64,000 nt of DNA from assembly GCA_002269645.1 (NCBI GenBank), contig NIVC01001217.1:62001-126000 (forward strand), in the 5' to 3' direction. Shown here piece by piece: positions 61,334 to 64,000 of the stretch. Position numbers and translations under genes: made by a program. Position 1 is the stretch's first letter; each line of letters starts with the position of its first letter. A model generated the notes under the pieces. The model was not told the DNA's origin. It was given only the letters and a program-made list of their open reading frames with translations, and made no database searches. Source of the DNA: Macrostomum lignano. Its lineage: Eukaryota.

Positions 61334-64000
61334 TCTACAAGTCAAGAGTTAAGTCAATTTTTTCACTCAGTTGCTTTTCTCTCTTGTTAGTCTCCATTTG
61401 TCTCATTCATTCTTTCTATCAACTTAATCCTTATCTCATTCTTATACCCAATAGACTCATATCTTTCTATATCTTAATGAACTTTACTAGCTGTCAACAA
61501 TTTAAAACTGCAATTTTTTAGGGTGGGGGGAAAGGAATTGGACATATTCAGTTTTCTGATAAGTTTAAAACAATTTATTCATTTAAAACCAAACTTGAAA
61601 AAAATTCTACTGGTTTTGTATTTGAATTCATAGTCATTATCTATTTTTTCTAATTGCTTTTTACACTTTTACTTTGAGTATCTTTTCTAATTTGATTCTA
61701 ATTAACTTGAATCTAATTTGAATTTCAGTTGGTAAATGTAAAATCAAAAGTTTCATTTTTTGGAGGGAGTGTCACGACTTTCTTAGTCATTTCTTTAGTT
61801 TAAGTTTACCTTCACTTGTCTCTATTTAAACTCTGTTTTCTCTCTATAAATCTAGTTCAATCTTTTTATTTTTATCTGTCTCCATTGCCACCTTCTGATG
61901 GGCTTTCCATTTTTGTCTCTCTCTTAAGTCACACACTTTATCTCTCCTTTTATTATTACAGACTTAACCTTTCTAAGTTAATGTCCTATAAATATACTGA
62001 TTTAGGCCCTGCACCCTATTCACTTGTCTTAATATTCAAGTTTAGCTCTAATTTAAATTGGTTTATTTTATATAAGATTATGAAGTTTGAGTTTGAAGAG
62101 TCAAGTGTTAGAGGTTATAGGCTTGTGGCTTATAAATGAAAGAAGGGAATTAAGGATAGAACAATTACAGCATGTCTTGGGAAATAGCAAGAGTACTTAA
62201 ATAGTTGCAAGCACATTGTGCTTATATTTAAGGCTTTAAAAGCAGAGCATTAAGAATCTAATTTATGAAACATAGATTTAAAGGTTTTGATTCTTAAACT
62301 CAAAGGTTAAGATTGGCATTTGGTACTATTAGTCCTATCTTATGTCCTAATATTAACATTAATATAAATAAATGTTCTATTAGTAATACTCTATAAAATA
62401 GTTTTAAAAAATTGATTAATCTTATATTTTTATATCTTATATCTTATATTTATATTTAGGTAGAAGGCTTACTTAACAACTTAGTAGCCTAAAATACTAG
62501 TAAATAATAGAGGGCCTACCTTAGAAAAAAGACCAAATTTTTTGGTATATTTTGATATATGCCAAATATATTATTTATGCAAAGTTTCAAATAATTGAAT
62601 TGTAAATTTTGTAATAGCATTACTAGACTAAACATGGAAATCAATTTTGCATTAGGGCCTAAATAGTTATCAAATTTATAATTATAATATATAGACAACT
62701 TATTGTGACTATTTTTATAATATATTTTATAATTTTTGGTACATATCATATACCAAAATTAAAAATTTGTATACTATATACCAAAAGCTCAAAATCACTT
62801 TTTCTTTTATATATCAACAATATATATACCAAATTTCTTAAATGTACCCTGGAAATTTCTAGCATATATACCTTCTTCTAGACTATAGGGGTCTATATAG
62901 GCTCTAATTTATATTTATAATTTCTGCACTAGACCTATAAATTGTCATATAGGCTTACTTATGTCTAAAACAATGATTGTTGTGCAATAAATGATGACTA
63001 CAAATGTTTAGCCAAAACAACTAAAGCAATGCTAATGCCAAGCCAACATATTTACAAAAAGATATTATTAAAATGCTCATTATTGCTTTCCAGAAACATT
63101 CTATTTGTTTATAATAACTATCCAATAATTAAAATATTGTAGTCTATTGAGTAGGTCCTAGTCCTATTCAGTTTTCTTTCAAGTTTTTTATAATTTTACT
63201 CTATACTATACTATAGCATTAATGTTGCATATTCTTGGCAATTTTTTTAAAATTATCTTTCTTGCTTTACAGTTGCACCACTTTTTGCTCTGGCTCTCTG
63301 TTGGTTGCACATTATCCTACACTAGGTGACTAGGGCCTAGGGGGCCTAGGCTTAGGACCAGACCAGGTCCATTTTGAAATTTATCGTGTTGTGCAAAAAC
63401 ATCCCTCTGTTTAAATAAAGTACATGTAAATATGGTCATTTAAGTCAGTTCTGGCGCCTAGGACCACGGAACTGGCCATCACCCTTGGTTGTACTTGTAC
63501 CACTGGTACGTGTGATGTAGTAGACGTCGTACCACATAAATTGATACAAGAATTGAAAGGCCGCGCCGATCAAAACCGAACTTCACATTGTTAGAAAAGT
63601 CCCAGCTAAACAAATAATTAATGATTAAACTCTACTCTTCTTTTAAAGTTTTTGCTGTAACTTAAAAATATTAGTTTTTAGTGATGTATTTTTCTTTTAA
63701 ATTGCTTTTTATGCATATGACTTTTGAGTTTCTGTTTTGGCTCTTTTTTGACTGCAACTGGATGACCACAGGCTTGACTTATTGCCTGATCCGCAATTTA
63801 AGAATCGACACTAAGCTGTGACTAAGGTAACCGAGTCTGCGTTTAAGGGTACAATTATCATGAATACAATCCACTTCGGTGATAGCCACTTTGGTACCTG
63901 CCATTTTGGTATAAAAATGACCACTTCGGTAACAAAGCAGATTTACGACTATCAGTATCAACACTATATTTCTTTGGTAATTAAATTAGTAACAATTAGT

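Overview
Eukaryotic (metazoan) genomic DNA, not prokaryotic. GC-rich, Ala/Gly-rich exons are separated by introns packed with private minisatellites, an architecture typical of the flatworm Macrostomum (organism assignment is inference). Five genes can be built by hand with phase-consistent splice sites. (1) A small orphan single-pass membrane protein (4624-5896, +). (2) STARD10/PCTP-like START protein, 5 exons (11765-24410, +). (3) A single-exon 1334-aa EGFR/ErbB receptor tyrosine kinase (27365-31369, +). (4) A compact, divergent dystrophin-family gene with spectrin-like repeat, ZZ finger and C-terminal coiled coil but no visible WW domain (about 38497-50073, +, 5' end unresolved). (5) TIMM44, 5 exons (60478-53719, -), with an apparent 1-nt frameshift in exon 3. 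Also present: two tRNA-derived SINE families, at least three families of non-autonomous DNA transposons with TIRs and TSDs (Mutator-like foldback, P-like, hAT/P-like), and about 30 micro/minisatellite arrays. Most long ORFs in the supplied track are artefacts of these arrays. No CRISPR array, rRNA or intact tRNA was seen.
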